Source: the human T2T-CHM13v2.0 reference genome, Homo sapiens
Reading direction: 5' to 3' (one strand)
Assembly (NCBI RefSeq): GCF_009914755.1
Contig: NC_060931.1
Length of the DNA: 64,000 nt
Positions 1-12,328 of this stretch are shown piece after piece. Each line of letters begins with the position of its first letter. Positions within the stretch are counted from its first letter, which is position 1. The translations under genes were made by a program, and so were the position numbers. The notes under the pieces were generated by a model. It was given only the letters and a program-made list of their open reading frames with translations, was not told the origin of the DNA and searched no databases.

Positions 1-217
1 ACAGCCTGGCGTCCGCCTGCACCACTCCACACAGCTCCATGCCTTTTCCTCCTTAAACCCCTCACTCAGCCACAAAGGGGGAATGGTCTGTTAAAGGCAT
101 GAGCCTGGCCATTCCCCAGCTGCCAGCGTTTGATTAATAACTGCTTTCCTCTGCCCACACCTCACTCTCATGTTTTCGGCCTCTGAGTGGCAAACAGCTG
201 GACTTGAGCCAGTTACA
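1..217 (+). mobile_element. 3' part of an old LTR (ERVL-class, MER54/MER74-like; subfamily uncertain)
   Basis: PolyA-signal-like attaataa, then an LTR-type end ...cagctggacttgagccagttaca. Truncated by the window start. Confidence 0.5.
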
Positions 218-525
218 ACACTAGGAACACCAGTCAGCACTCAGCACTGTGCTGGGGCCATTTAAACAACAAAACCACCAACGAAAAGCACAAAAAATGT
301 GGAAAATGTGGCACTCAATAGACCATAAAGAGGAGCCTTGTTTTACAGTATGAGCTGAAACGAGAAGGCGGAGCTGTCCTCTCCCACCTGAGCACAGGCA
401 TGTCAGGCAACCTGAACTTTATGGCTGTGTGTGTGTGCAGGAATGACTTTGGCATAAGCATTGATTTGGGGGTTACAAATTAATTTGCAAATACAGAATC
501 TGCGAATGAACAGGATCATCGACTG
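218..525 (+). mobile_element. MER82-like TcMar-Tigger DNA transposon fragment
   Basis: Matches the recalled consensus (ggggccatttaaac...aaaagcacaaaa...gtggcactcaatagacc...ttggggttacaaat) and ends in a TIR-like ...atcgactg. Confidence 0.7.
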
Positions 526-1250
526 CCTAGCATCTGTGTTGAAGCGCTTTCACACACATCAATAACCTTATTATCTTCTTCACATTTTTCAATTTTATAC
601 TGTAGAGAGGATGGGAGCACTGGAGCTTACAAGGCTTGAGATCCAATTGTTTGTTTAACCGCCACTTCCTCGCGGGGCGATTTTGCACATTACATTATTT
701 ACCCTGCAAAATCGGGGGAACAAGACAAACATTGCAGGGCATTGGAGGATCGGGCAGGATAGCTGACATGCGACAGGGTTCCCTCTGAACCAAAGCTGTC
801 AGTCTGTGCCCTGCTCAGTCAGGAGGGGTCTGCTCCTCCTCCAAATTCTTCCATAAAATCCACTCTCTAAATTGACTATGGCTTGTGTGGGTTCACACAG
901 TCCCCGCACGCTGTACTGCTTTCTCAGGGAGCCTGGTTGCTTTCCTTCGGGAATGACGTGGTTGATACAAGGGAGGGGACTGTCTCTTTCCCGACCCTGG
1001 ACCGTGCAGTGAAGATCTCATGAGGAATCTGTAAATGGCCACGTCAGGGTAGATCTTGAAAGTGTCGTCCCGATGGTCGTGCCAGGCACATCTACGGTAA
1101 GAAGCGTCTGATGCAAGAGCAGGAGGAGTTTCTGAGTCACTGTTCCTGGGAGAACCATCCACCTTTTGACAGTCAAATTCACTTACCGTGAAAGGTGACT
1201 TCTATTTAGGGTGGAAGAAATGCCAAAAAGGAATGCTGCCCACTCAGATG

Positions 1251-3477
1251 CAAACGCTTCCTCCCCTGACGAAGGAGGGAGTCTTCACACAAACCTTCCT
1301 CCCCTGACGAAGGAGGGAGTCTTCACACAAACCTTCCTCCCCTGATGAAGGAGGGAGTCTTCACACAAACCTTCCTCCCCTGACGAAGGAGGGAGTCTTC
1401 ACACAAACCTTCCTCCCCTGATGAAGGAGGGAGTCTTCACACAAACCTTCCTCCCCTGATGAAGGAGGGAGTCTTCACACAAACCTTCTTCCCCTGATGA
1501 AAGAGGGAGTCTTCACACACATCCTTCTTCCCCTGATGAAAGGGGGAGTCTTCACACAAACCCTTCCTCCCCTGATGAAAGAGGGAGTCTTCACACAAAC
1601 CTTCTTCCCCTGATGAAGGAGGGAGTCTTCACACAAACCTTCTTCCCCTGAGGAAAGGGGGAGTCTTCACACAAACCTTCTTCCCCTGATGAAAGAGGGA
1701 GTCTTCACACACATCCTTCTTCCCCTGATGAAAGAGGGAGTCTTCACACAAACCTTCTTCCCCTGATGAAAGAGGGAGTCTTCACACAAACCTTCTTCCC
1801 CTGAGGAAAGGGGGAGTCTTCACACAAACCTTCTTCCCCTGATGAAAGAGGGGGTCTTCACACACATCCTTCCTCCCCTGACAAAAGAGGGAGTCTTCAC
1901 ACAAACCTTCTTCCCCTGATGAAAGAGGGAGTCTTCTCACAAACCTTCTTCCCCTGATGAAAGAGGGAGTCTTCACACAAACCTTCTTCCCCTGATGAAA
2001 GAGGGAGTCTTCACACAAACCTTCTTCCCCTGAGGAAAGGGGGAGTCTTCACACAAACCTTCTTCCCCTGATGAAAGAGGGAGTCTTCACACACATCCTT
2101 CTTCCCCTGATGAAAGAGGGAGTCTTCACACAAACCTTCTTCCCCTGATGAAAGAGGGAGTCTTCACACACATCCTTCTTCCCCTGATGAAAGAGGGAGT
2201 CTTCACACAAACCTTCTTCCCCTGATGAAAGAGGGAGTCTTCACACAAACCTTCTTCCCCTGAGGAAAGGGGGAGTCTTCACACAAACCTTCTTCCCCTG
2301 ATGAAAGAGGGAGTCTTCACACAAACCTTCTTCCCCTGATGAAAGAGGGAGTCTTCTCACAAACCTTCTTCCCCTGATGAAAGAGGGGGTCTTCACACAC
2401 ATCCTTCCTCCCCTGACAAAAGAGGGAGTCTTCACACAAACCTTCTTCCCCTGATGAAAGAGGGAGTCTTCTCACAAACCTTCTTCCCCTGATGAAAGAG
2501 GGAGTCTTCACACAAACCTTCTTCCCCTGAGGAAAGGGGGAGTCTTCACACAAACCTTCTTCCCCTGATGAAAGAGGGAGTCTTCACACAAACCTTCTTC
2601 CCCTGATGAAAGAGGGGGTCTTCACACACATCCTTCCTCCCCTGACAAAAGAGGGGGTCTTCACACAAACCTTCTTCCCCTGATGAAAGAGGGAGTCTTC
2701 TCACAAACCTTCTTCCCCTGATGAAAGAGGGAGTCTTCACACAAACCTTCTTCCCCTGAGGAAAGGGGGAGTCTTCACACAAACCTTCTTCCCCTGATGA
2801 AAGAGGGAGTCTTCACACAAACCTTCTTCCCCTGATGAAAGAGGGAGTCTTCACACAAACCTTCTTCCCCTGATGAAAGAGGGAGTCTTCTCACAAACCT
2901 TCTTCCCCTGATGAAAGAGGGAGTCTTCACACAAACCTTCTTCCCCTGAGGAAAGGGGGAGTCTTCACACAAACCTTCTTCCCCTGATGAAAGAGGGAGT
3001 CTTCACACAAACCTTCTTCCCCTGATGAAAGAGGGAGTCTTCACACAAACCTTCTTCCCCTGATGAAAGAGGGGGTCTTCACACACATCCTTCCTCCCCT
3101 GACAAAAGAGGGGGTCTTCACACAAACCTTCTTCCCCTGATGAAAAGGGGAATGTTCACACAAATCCTTCTTCCCCTGACGAAAGGGGGAGTCTTCACAC
3201 ACATCCTTCCTCCCCTGATGAAAGAGGGAGTCTTCACACAAACCTGTCTTCCCCTGACAAAAGAGGGAGTCTTCACACACATCCTTCTTCCACTGATGAA
3301 AGAGGGAGTCTTCACACAAACCCTTCCTCCCCTGATGAAAGAGGGAGTCTTCACACACATCCTTCTTCCACTGATGAAAGAGGGAGTCTTCACACACATC
3401 CTTCCTCCCCTGATGAAAGAGGGAGTCTTCACACAAACCTTCCTCCCCTGATGAAAGAGGGAGTCTTCACACACACC
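1251..3477. repeat. VNTR, 38-39 bp unit, ~58 copies
   Basis: Unit cttcacacaaaccttcttcccctgatgaaagagggagt, visible directly. Confidence 0.98.
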
Positions 3478-4822
3478 TGCTGCCTAGAGCCCTCAGAGGT
3501 GTGATACTCGAACAATGTGTTCACATGGGTCCTATGAAGAATATATTAGGAGAAACAAAAGCTATTTATTGCCGCTAGGAGTCATCTCCCAATTGGGCTG
3601 GAAATAACATGAAAAAATATATCACTGAGATTCTACAGAATTCACTGACTTAAAACTACCTTTAACCAAAATAAGGAAACCATATATGTTGTACATAGAT
3701 AAGAGATCATTTCATCACTGTAATTTTAGCTATAGTTACCTCTATTTTAAATATCATTCCATTTATTCCTGAGTTCTTTATCACTCAGTGGTTCCACTTG
3801 ATAGTTTACTATATATTGATAATTGCTCATTTCTTTTGATGGTCATAAAACATGCCAACAAAGAAGAGAAGTGACATCTAGCATTTTAACACTGATTTTA
3901 TTGCTTGTGTTCTAGGATACTCCTATCACTCAAGACTTATGAGACAAACATACCAGCCCTCCATCAACCAGACTGTTGAGTGTAAGAGTTCTGCGTAAAA
4001 GGCCTTTTCTTAACTGAGGACTATTTGGAAATCTCTTTTTCCCCTACTTTTATGAGTGAAATAATTTAAAAATACATATAATTATCTGCCTTTAGAACAT
4101 CAATATACTGATGTACTAATATTTGTTGTCTTAGCAATCATATATCTCAAAGTGATTTTCTGAATATTAGTTTTCAGGGCATGACACTTTAACCACAGGA
4201 AAGAAAACACTGAGCTCCATCTGTTCTTAGACCAACCGTCCGGTTGAGAATGAAGAAGATGAACAAATCTCTGACAAAAGCTTCCATGTTTCGGAAATGG
4301 TTTTAAATAAGAACCGAGGCTTCTATTTGGTTGGGTTAGTCTGGGGGTTGTTATTTCTGTATAGTAACGACTATACAGTCGATACATAACACAGGCTTAT
4401 TTGTATCAAGTCAACCTTTAAGGGCTACAATAAATGTAACACATTTGACTACAGTTTTCTGAATAGACACTGCCTAAGCAGTAGTTAACAAGTTTGTAGT
4501 CCGTTTAAATAAAGACAGGCCTCAGGTACTAGATTCCCTTGACTTTTTGTGGATAAAAAGAAGATAGCCAAGGCATATATGGCAACAAATATAGTTTTAA
4601 AGTTAATCATTTAATGTTGATGCTTTACAACCAACATAAAAGTAAATGCTTCTCTTTTCAACTGGTGAATTTTCTTGAAAGTTATTTAGAAATGAAAAAA
4701 ACAAAACTTCTGTAGACTGTTTTTTGTTTGTTTATTTTACTAGCATGCTCTCTGCTGGCTTGACAGACTGACCTGTGCTTTATCTATTTGACACCTGGAT
4801 TTGGAGTGAAGCCCATAACATG

Positions 4823-5830
4823 AATAGATGGGTGCGTGAGGGATAGGTGATAGATGGATGGGTAGAGAGATGGTTGGGTGAGTGGGTGGGTGGGTGAGAG
4901 ATAGGTGATGGATGGGTAGAGAGATGGTTGGTTGGGTGGGTGGATGGGTGAGGGACAGGTGATAGATAGATGAGCAGAGAGATGGTTGGGTGGGTGGGTG
5001 AAAGATAGGTGATGGATGGGTAGAGAGATGGTTGGGTGGGTGAAGGATAGGTGATAGATGGATGGGTAGAGAGATGGTTGGGTGAGTGGATGGGTGAGGG
5101 ATAGGTGATGGATGGGTAGAGAGATGGGTGGGTGGGTGAGTGAGGGATAGGTGATAGATGGATGGGTAGAGAGATGGTTGGGTGGGTGGGTGAGGGAAAG
5201 GTGATAGATGGATGGGTAGCGAGATGGGGGGGTGGGGGATAGGTGATAGATGGATGAGTAGAGAGATGGTTGGGTGGGTGGGTGGATGGGTGAGGGATCG
5301 GTGATAGATGGATGGGTAGAGAGATGGTTGGTTGGGTGGGTGGGTGGGTGAGGGATAGGTGATAGATGGTTGGGTAGAGAGATGGGTGGGTGAGGGATAG
5401 GTGATGGATAGGTAGAGAGATGGTTGGGTGGGTGGATGGGTGAGGGATAGGTGATAGATGGGTAGAGAGATGGTTGGGTGAGTGGGTACATGGATGAGTA
5501 GATGGGTGAATGGGTGGGCAGAGATATATATACACATATACATGTATATGTGTGCATATATATATATACACACATATATGTATATATATGCATACATATA
5601 TACATGTGCATATATATACATATATGTGTGTGTGTATATATATGTAGGTGAGTGGGTGGGAGGGAGGATGGGTGGATGGATGGATAGATGGGTGGGTGGG
5701 TGGGTAGAAGGATGGATGGATGGGTAGAGAGGTGGATAAGTGGATAGATATATGGGTGGATGGCTGGCTGGATGGATGGGGAGGTAGACGGATGGATGGA
5801 TGAAAAATTGATAGGTGGGTGGTTTGGTGG
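4823..5830. repeat. (GGAT/GGGT)-derived minisatellite with an embedded (TA/CA/TG)n tract at ~5523-5645
   Basis: Recurring gggtgagggataggtgatagatggatgggtagagagatggtt, followed by an alternating purine-pyrimidine block. Confidence 0.95.
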
Positions 5831-6451
5831 ATAGAGATATGTATATATTTATTGCTTATATTAATTCAAACATAATTAGACACTTTCTCAAAATACTGTT
5901 TATAGCTTAAGAATCATTTTGCATTAAACCTTTCCCATCTTGTGGGCTATACATTTAGTGAATTGCTCATTCTGTTTCTTAGTCAGTATTATGTTCAGAG
6001 AAACACAGTGCTAATAAAGGTCTCAAAATTATCAAACAAAATCATAATGATTTAAGAGACTTACTATATCTGGCTGAACATAATTTGAGGCCAGGTAAAA
6101 CCTGGAAGAGCTCACTACACACAGTACATGTTTTAGGGGCTCCCTAAAGCCAGCCCCTCAGCCTCGAGGTAGAGGCACAGGGGAACTTCCAAGAAACCAG
6201 CCCTGTGTCTGGCCTTGAGTAGGTGGGCGCAAACCAAGAGAGCACGCTGCTGTGGTGCTCAGTAACAACCACAAAATTTGACCTAAGGCAACTCATTTGG
6301 CAATCGCTATTTTATAGATGAATAAGTTGAAACCCTTGTAGTTTTAGGTGCTAGCTCCAAATAGTCCAATTCTAATATCAATGCCACCACTAGAATCACA
6401 ACTTCGGCGTTCTTGGCTGAGAGCCTTCTGCGAGGCACGAGTATAAGTGTG

Positions 6452-6780
6452 AGACCCACACGCAGGCCTGCACCTCTGTCCTTTCCTGACTCTGCCGCTG
6501 GACCGACCCCCACACCATAGACCCACACTCAGGCCTGCACCTCTGTCCTTTCCTGACTCTGCCGCTGGACCGACCCCCACACTGTAGACCCACACGCAGG
6601 CCTGCACCGTCCTTTCCTGACTCTGCCGCTGGACCGACCCCCACACTGTAGACCCACACGCAGGCCTGCACCGTCCTTTCCTGACTCTGCCGCTGGACCG
6701 ACCCCCACACTGTGGACCCACAGGTAGGCCTGCACCACTGTCCTTTCCTGACTCTGTCGCTGGACCGACCCCCACACTGT
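6452..6780. repeat. Minisatellite, 64-67 bp x5
   Basis: Units start at 6452, 6519, 6586, 6650 and 6714 (agacccacacgcaggcctgcacc...gacccccacactgt). Confidence 0.95.
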
Positions 6781-7646
6781 TTGTGCTTTTACTCCCTGAA
6801 TTGTTCCTGATGATAACTTGCCTCCTCCAGTCTTGTTCCTTGTTCACTGGCGTCCCTCACTCTAGGCAAGCCCACAGCTTGGTGCTGGGCTAATCCAAGC
6901 TACCGACAGAAAACCAATAAAAAAATGAGCTCACGTCTGGCTGCTACAGAATTCTCTTTGCATGCCTCATTCCAGCTATGTCTTCTTACAGAGGAGACAT
7001 CGGGAACATAAAACTCCGGAATTCCACGTGGATAGCATAATGCATACCTACTTTCCTTACACACACTTTTAATTTTACCACATTTCCTGCACAATTGTGT
7101 ATTCCTGCCTCTCGTACATGAGGCAATAACTTCCCAAAATATCTAGCCTAAGAGCTTACAAAGGAGGAAGAAGAGAGAACCAATTCTTATTTGAATGTAT
7201 GAGGAAACAAAGACACACACAGTTATTGCAAGATAATTTAACATCATGCAAGCCTTAATGAAAACATAATTATTAATGATGCTTTATTTTCTTAAAGCAT
7301 TGAGCAACTGCATCACTGTGCAGATTGTATCTTCTTTGCAATTACTTTGCCATTACATGGGATTTGGGAAATCCTTTCTGTGCCAGGGAATGTCTTGCCG
7401 CTTACTTTTCTCATGGAGTATTTGGAAGAAAACAGATTGTTCAGTATGTATGCTTTGCCTTTGAACTTTAGAAGCATTTGCCTCCTTTGAAGTTCTACTG
7501 CAGGCTGCTTTCCTGTTACACCTGCTGGGTGGCATGACCAGTCCCAAGAGAAGACCCTTGTTCCCCCAGCACAGGGGTGGGCCGGATCTCACCAGGAGCA
7601 GCAGAACGCTCGCCATTCCCGAAGGACCAGGGCCACCCCATCTGTG

Positions 7647-7955
7647 TTTTTTTTGTTTTGTTTTTGTTTTTGTTTTCAGACGGAGTCTCGCACTGTCACC
7701 CAGGCTGCAGTGCAATGGCGTGATCTCGGCTCACTGCAACCTCTGACTCCCGGGTTCAAGTGATTCTCCTGCCTCAGCCTCCCGAGTAGCTGGGATTACA
7801 GGCACCTGCCACCATGCTCAGCTAATTTTTTTTTTAAAATAGAGATGGCGTTTCACTATGTTGGCCAGGCTGGTCTCGAACTCCAGACCTTGTGATCCGC
7901 CCACCTCGGCCTCCCAAACTGCTGGGATTACAGGCATGAGCCACTGCTCCCGGCC
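7647..7955 (-). mobile_element. Full-length AluS (Sg-like)
   Basis: Dimeric Alu with a T-rich tail on the left. TSD cccatctgtg at 7637-7646 and 7956-7965. Confidence 0.95.
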
Positions 7956-8799
7956 CCCATCTGTGCTTTCTATTGCAGCTTCGCTCTCATGATGCTTAAG
8001 GATTAATGAGCTACACAAACACATGACTGAATTATTAGTGACTAACATTTAGAAGTAGAAGCATTCACCCAAGAATTAGGACCCAGGCTTTTTCCCGAAG
8101 CCTCAGCAGCTTGGCCACAGCCTTCGGTGCTGTAGGACAGGCAGGAAAGGTGAGAACTCCTCCCCCTGAGTGTTCCTGAGGGCTCCACTGCGCAGTCCCC
8201 ACCATCCCTCAGGGTCTCCTGGGCACTGTGGCTCACTCTGGTTTTGTTTCTTGTTTTACTTTTGTTTCTCTGGACACGCAGGCTGCTAACTCCCGAAGGC
8301 AACTGCCAGCCTTCAAACAACTCCAGTTTGCAATCCCAAATGAAGTGTAACGCACACTCATGGGCCAGCATCCGTGGTGGGAGGAGCCGCTGGGTCCTGT
8401 AACTGGGGCAGGTTTATATTCCTCCCTGCCCTGGGTTGCAGGTCTCAGCCTTTCCTGCAGGAGGTGAGTCCTGAATAACCTGCCCCGCCCATCTGCCCCA
8501 AAGCCTCCTGCAATCAGCTCATGCGCAACGTCTCTGACTGGAGAGACACATTCGGAAGAGTGAAGTGATTTTTATTTGGTCCTGGTGAGAAAAATAAGAA
8601 TAACGCCAAGCAGGGTATCTAGTATTGACGGTGTAGGTCATAAGTAAAATGCATATTTTACCACAGTGTTTGGTGTCATTTCTATATAAATCTAACTTGT
8701 TCATGTGTTTACATATTTCTTGGCTTAGACATTTTATTACTTTAATAATGTATCTGGAAAGCTACCCTTTATTTGGTGTTAAGTATCTGCATACGCAGG

Positions 8800-9080
8800 G
8801 CATTTAATTCTACAACTCTGATGTAGACATTATCGTCTCTACTCCATGGAGGAGCACACTGAGGCCAGGTGGCTTCAGTAATCTGCCCAGGGCCTCACAG
8901 CAAGTTGAGAAAAACAGAGTCAAACCCATGTGCCTTTGAATTCAGTCTGCCCATTCTTTCGTGGAATCATTCATTCACTCATTCAACAAATAAGCCCCTG
9001 TTATGGGCCAGAAACACTCTAGTCACTGATGACGCATGATTGAGCAATACAGACCGAGGCCCTGCCTTCAAGGAGCGTAG
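8800..9080. mobile_element. Degraded MIR followed by an L2 3' end
   Basis: cactgaggcc...ctgcccagggcctcacagcaagt (MIR core) and attcattcactcattcaacaaata (L2 terminus). Confidence 0.55.
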
Positions 9081-9103
9081 GAGTGTATACTTTCTGGTTC
9101 TGG

Positions 9104-9226
9104 TTTTGCAGAGACGAGGTCTTGCTATGTTGCCCTGGCTGGTCTCAAAACTCCTGGTCTCCAGTGATCCTCCCAGTTCAGCCCCCAAAGTACTGGGATT
9201 ACAGGCGTGAGCCGCCGCACCAGGCC
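9104..9226 (-). mobile_element. Alu left monomer (FLAM-like)
   Basis: Single arm agagacgaggtcttgctatgttgccc...gagccgccgcaccaggcc. Confidence 0.85.
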
Positions 9227-10829
9227 AGGAGATAAAAGATTCAAGTCCTATGGATGAAAGTGCCTTTACAAGAAAACTCAGAACTGCCTGGGAAACTCTT
9301 CACTACCTGGTGTCCAGTACCCAAATCCAGCATTTACCCAATGCTTCACACTTGAAGTGCATTGAAAAGTCTAGAGAAAAGAATGGGTTCTTCTTGCCAA
9401 TCTGAATCCATTAACAGTAGAAATTAGAGTGTTTTTTTTCCTAACAGCAATGAAATAGCGCAATTGTCCAGCTAACATGTATTGCAAACCTCCACAGCAG
9501 ACGTTATTCTAGTTTTTCCTAGAGTCTCTCCAACCCTGTCATGGCCTCACAGCCGTATACATAATTTGTGGGGCCCTTTGTTGAAGAATTGTAAGAGTCT
9601 CAAGATGGTACCAGCAAAGCATGAACCATGTGTGGGGCCTCTAAGAGCCGGGTCTCAGCCACATGCCCAGGCCACCTCCATCCTTGTGGGGAAACTGAGG
9701 CTCAGGAAAATAAGGAAACTGCTCTCCTCCTAAATGGTCATATCATTTCATACTAGGAAACAAGGCTCCACCAATATTTTAAACACAAATATCTTTAATC
9801 AAATCATGGGATTCACTTAACCTGAGAAATGCCACCTTTCACTCAAACAGAATTATTATTTGCAAATCCACAGTGGTCTTCCCTTGTTGTCTCATCTTAA
9901 AGACGGGACGGGGAGTTTTGACGTACTGTGACATTTCCTTGACATTCCTTATTTCCAGGAAAACCTCATGTCACTGTCTCGAGACACTAGCTTGCACCTT
10001 TGCAACTGCTTGTAATATTCAGACAGGGCACTGAAGACGAAGCCTGGGCTCCGTTTGGGAAGGAGAGTTACATAACATGAGGCCCCATTCCCCACCTTCC
10101 TCACTTGGCAAATCCAGAACACAGGTGAAACAGGTAGCAACATTGCCCGTGAGGGCCGGAGTCTGCAGGTGGTGGATACACCACATCCAGATGCAAATGC
10201 CATTTACCCAGACCCTCCCCTGGGGCTCCTGGGAGTTTCTCACTGCGGGGGCTCTTGGCTTTGAGTGATATTACTAACGCACAGCACTGTCGCTGCAGTG
10301 GTTAATCTGCACTGCCCTGATGTGTAGACAAAATTATCCAGGGCTTTATAGTCATCGAGGCCACAGGGAAAACCAGAGAGCCAACCCAGGGAATGAAGGA
10401 CCATTCTCACCCCTCACAGGATTCCTGCTGCCTACAACATCTTTGTAAATCCCCTATGCATGGGGACAAGACTAGGGGCAAAACAATCACAACTCTGCCC
10501 CCGGAAACTGAAACATACTTTCCAGAAGTTTCCCGGCAAACCCCAGGGACTTCTCCCACTGGCAGGGTGGGAGAGGGGCAGACACTGGGGAAGGAGGTGG
10601 AGGGGCCCGGGCAGCACTGGGGTTGTCACAGGATCGAGCAGGCACAGGCACCTCCCGCGCCCCGTGCACAGAGAAGACCCCAACAAGAAGCATCAGGGTT
10701 GAGAATTCCCACTGCTGCCTCTTCGGTAATAACACCGTATTCATCAATCCAGTAAATCACACAGATGAGAAAGTAAACGCTTCTCCCACCAGGAGAGCAC
10801 ATGAAGATTGATCACAGAATTAGGCTGCG

Positions 10830-12328
10830 TGCCCCGAATGCCCCGGCGGTCCTCGTGGCTGATGTGGGAGCTCCACCGAAGCCATCTGGAAGAGAACTGT
10901 CACAGAGCCCGTCTCACTGTGGACTCAGGGGCTCGTGGGAATGTGTCTTTGGCATCCTTTTTCCCAGGAGCACTGCCCACCTCCCCGAGATTCCGCGGAA
11001 GGCGGCCTGGCATCGATCACCGCCGCCGCAGACAGCCACAATCACGTCGTAAAAACCCGGCTGCGGTCACTGCCGGTCTGCTGGCATAATTACATCACAT
11101 GCTAATGCAGTTTTAATGGTCTCTAATGATGTCATAAGAAATAATGGGATTTATGTGACAGCTACATAACCACTAACAAAACATATTCAGCATAACTAGC
11201 ACTTCCACAAAACCGCAGGAGAGTCTGAGAGTGACAGCTTGCGCATCCTGTCCGCCTCTTTTCCTTTCCCGGAACAATGAGCAGCTCCCAGAACATGCTC
11301 TGACAGGCAGCACCGCGTGGCCGTGTCTCCCGCCTGTCAGAGCTGCTCCCCTCGAGACACCAACGAGGCACAGCCCACACCCCCGTCCGTCCCTCGAGCC
11401 GGTGCATTTGCCAAGTGTGTGCCCGTGGCTGCTGGGCCCGGGTGAGGCACAGGACGTGGAAGTAAGGCTTGCGTGGTCCCCTGCACATGAGCACACACGC
11501 ACGCAGGCACCAGAACTCAAGACCCAGCGTGGGGCAGCCTCTGCCTGGCCAGGACTGGGGACCTCGGAGAAGCGCTGGACGCAGCAAGAATCAGGCTTCA
11601 GCTCCGCAATGTGGGCAGGGGACCCGCAAAGGATCCTGCGGGTGAGGCCACCGGGGGGGCTCCCTGGGGAGGAGGTGGAGAGGTCCAGATTCCCGAAGGC
11701 TCCGAGGGACGGGCGGCGGGACTCAGGTTTGACTCTGTAGGAAAGAGGGGGCCGCCAGTGTCCTAAGGCGGGAGATGCCCGAGGGTGATGCTTACCCAGG
11801 ACTGAGCCTGGCAAAGCCCAGCCCTGCTCCCGGAATGCGGAGAAGCCGTCCGTGCTCAGAATCCGTCTTCCGACAGCGAAGGCGGTGGCCAGGAGGGCCA
11901 GGGGCAGGGAGCAGGCACGGGCGAGGCCCAGCTGCTCTGTGAAACCAGAGGCTCCCCGAGGCACACGCCTCCCTCGCCCGCCCCGGCCTGGCATCTGCCA
12001 GTCCCACCATTTTGCTGAGACTCTGTGAAGGTGAATGGGGTTGCTTGGGCTCGGGGACTGGAAGAAGAAGGACGTTTATCTCGTGAACGCGGGACGCTCC
12101 TTATGGGAGAGGAGTGGGAGACATGAAGCAAAGCGTGACCACCGAGGAGCTGGGGAGAAAGCGAGAAAGCAAGGAAGCAGTGGGGGACGGGGAACGGGGC
12201 CGCGGGGAGGGCCGGAGAAGATGGTAGAAGGTGACAGTGCGGGGTGCAGCGTTCCTGGGTCCTTGAGGGGAGCCGGGCTTCTCAGCCTTGAAGACCCACT
12301 TCTCCTCTGGCCTCATTCCTGGGTTCCG
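10830..12328. promoter_or_regulatory. GC/CpG-rich intronic segment (CpG-island-like)
   Basis: Visibly high GC and CpG density with GC boxes (gggcggcggg, ccccggcc). CpG observed/expected not computed. Confidence 0.4.

Noticed and set aside
1251-3477. CTGATGA plus GAAA in each unit suggesting a hammerhead ribozyme or C/D-box snoRNA array
   Set aside because: The motifs overlap (ctgatGAAAg), no stem II can form between CUGAUGA and the next GAAA, box spacing does not fit a snoRNA, and they lie on the strand antisense to the gene.
11700-11800. Strong minus-strand acceptor (ccccctctttcctacag, AG at 11736-11735) and a donor near 11795
   Set aside because: The donor lies upstream of the acceptor (~60 nt, too short for a typical intron), and no good downstream donor was found to define an exon.
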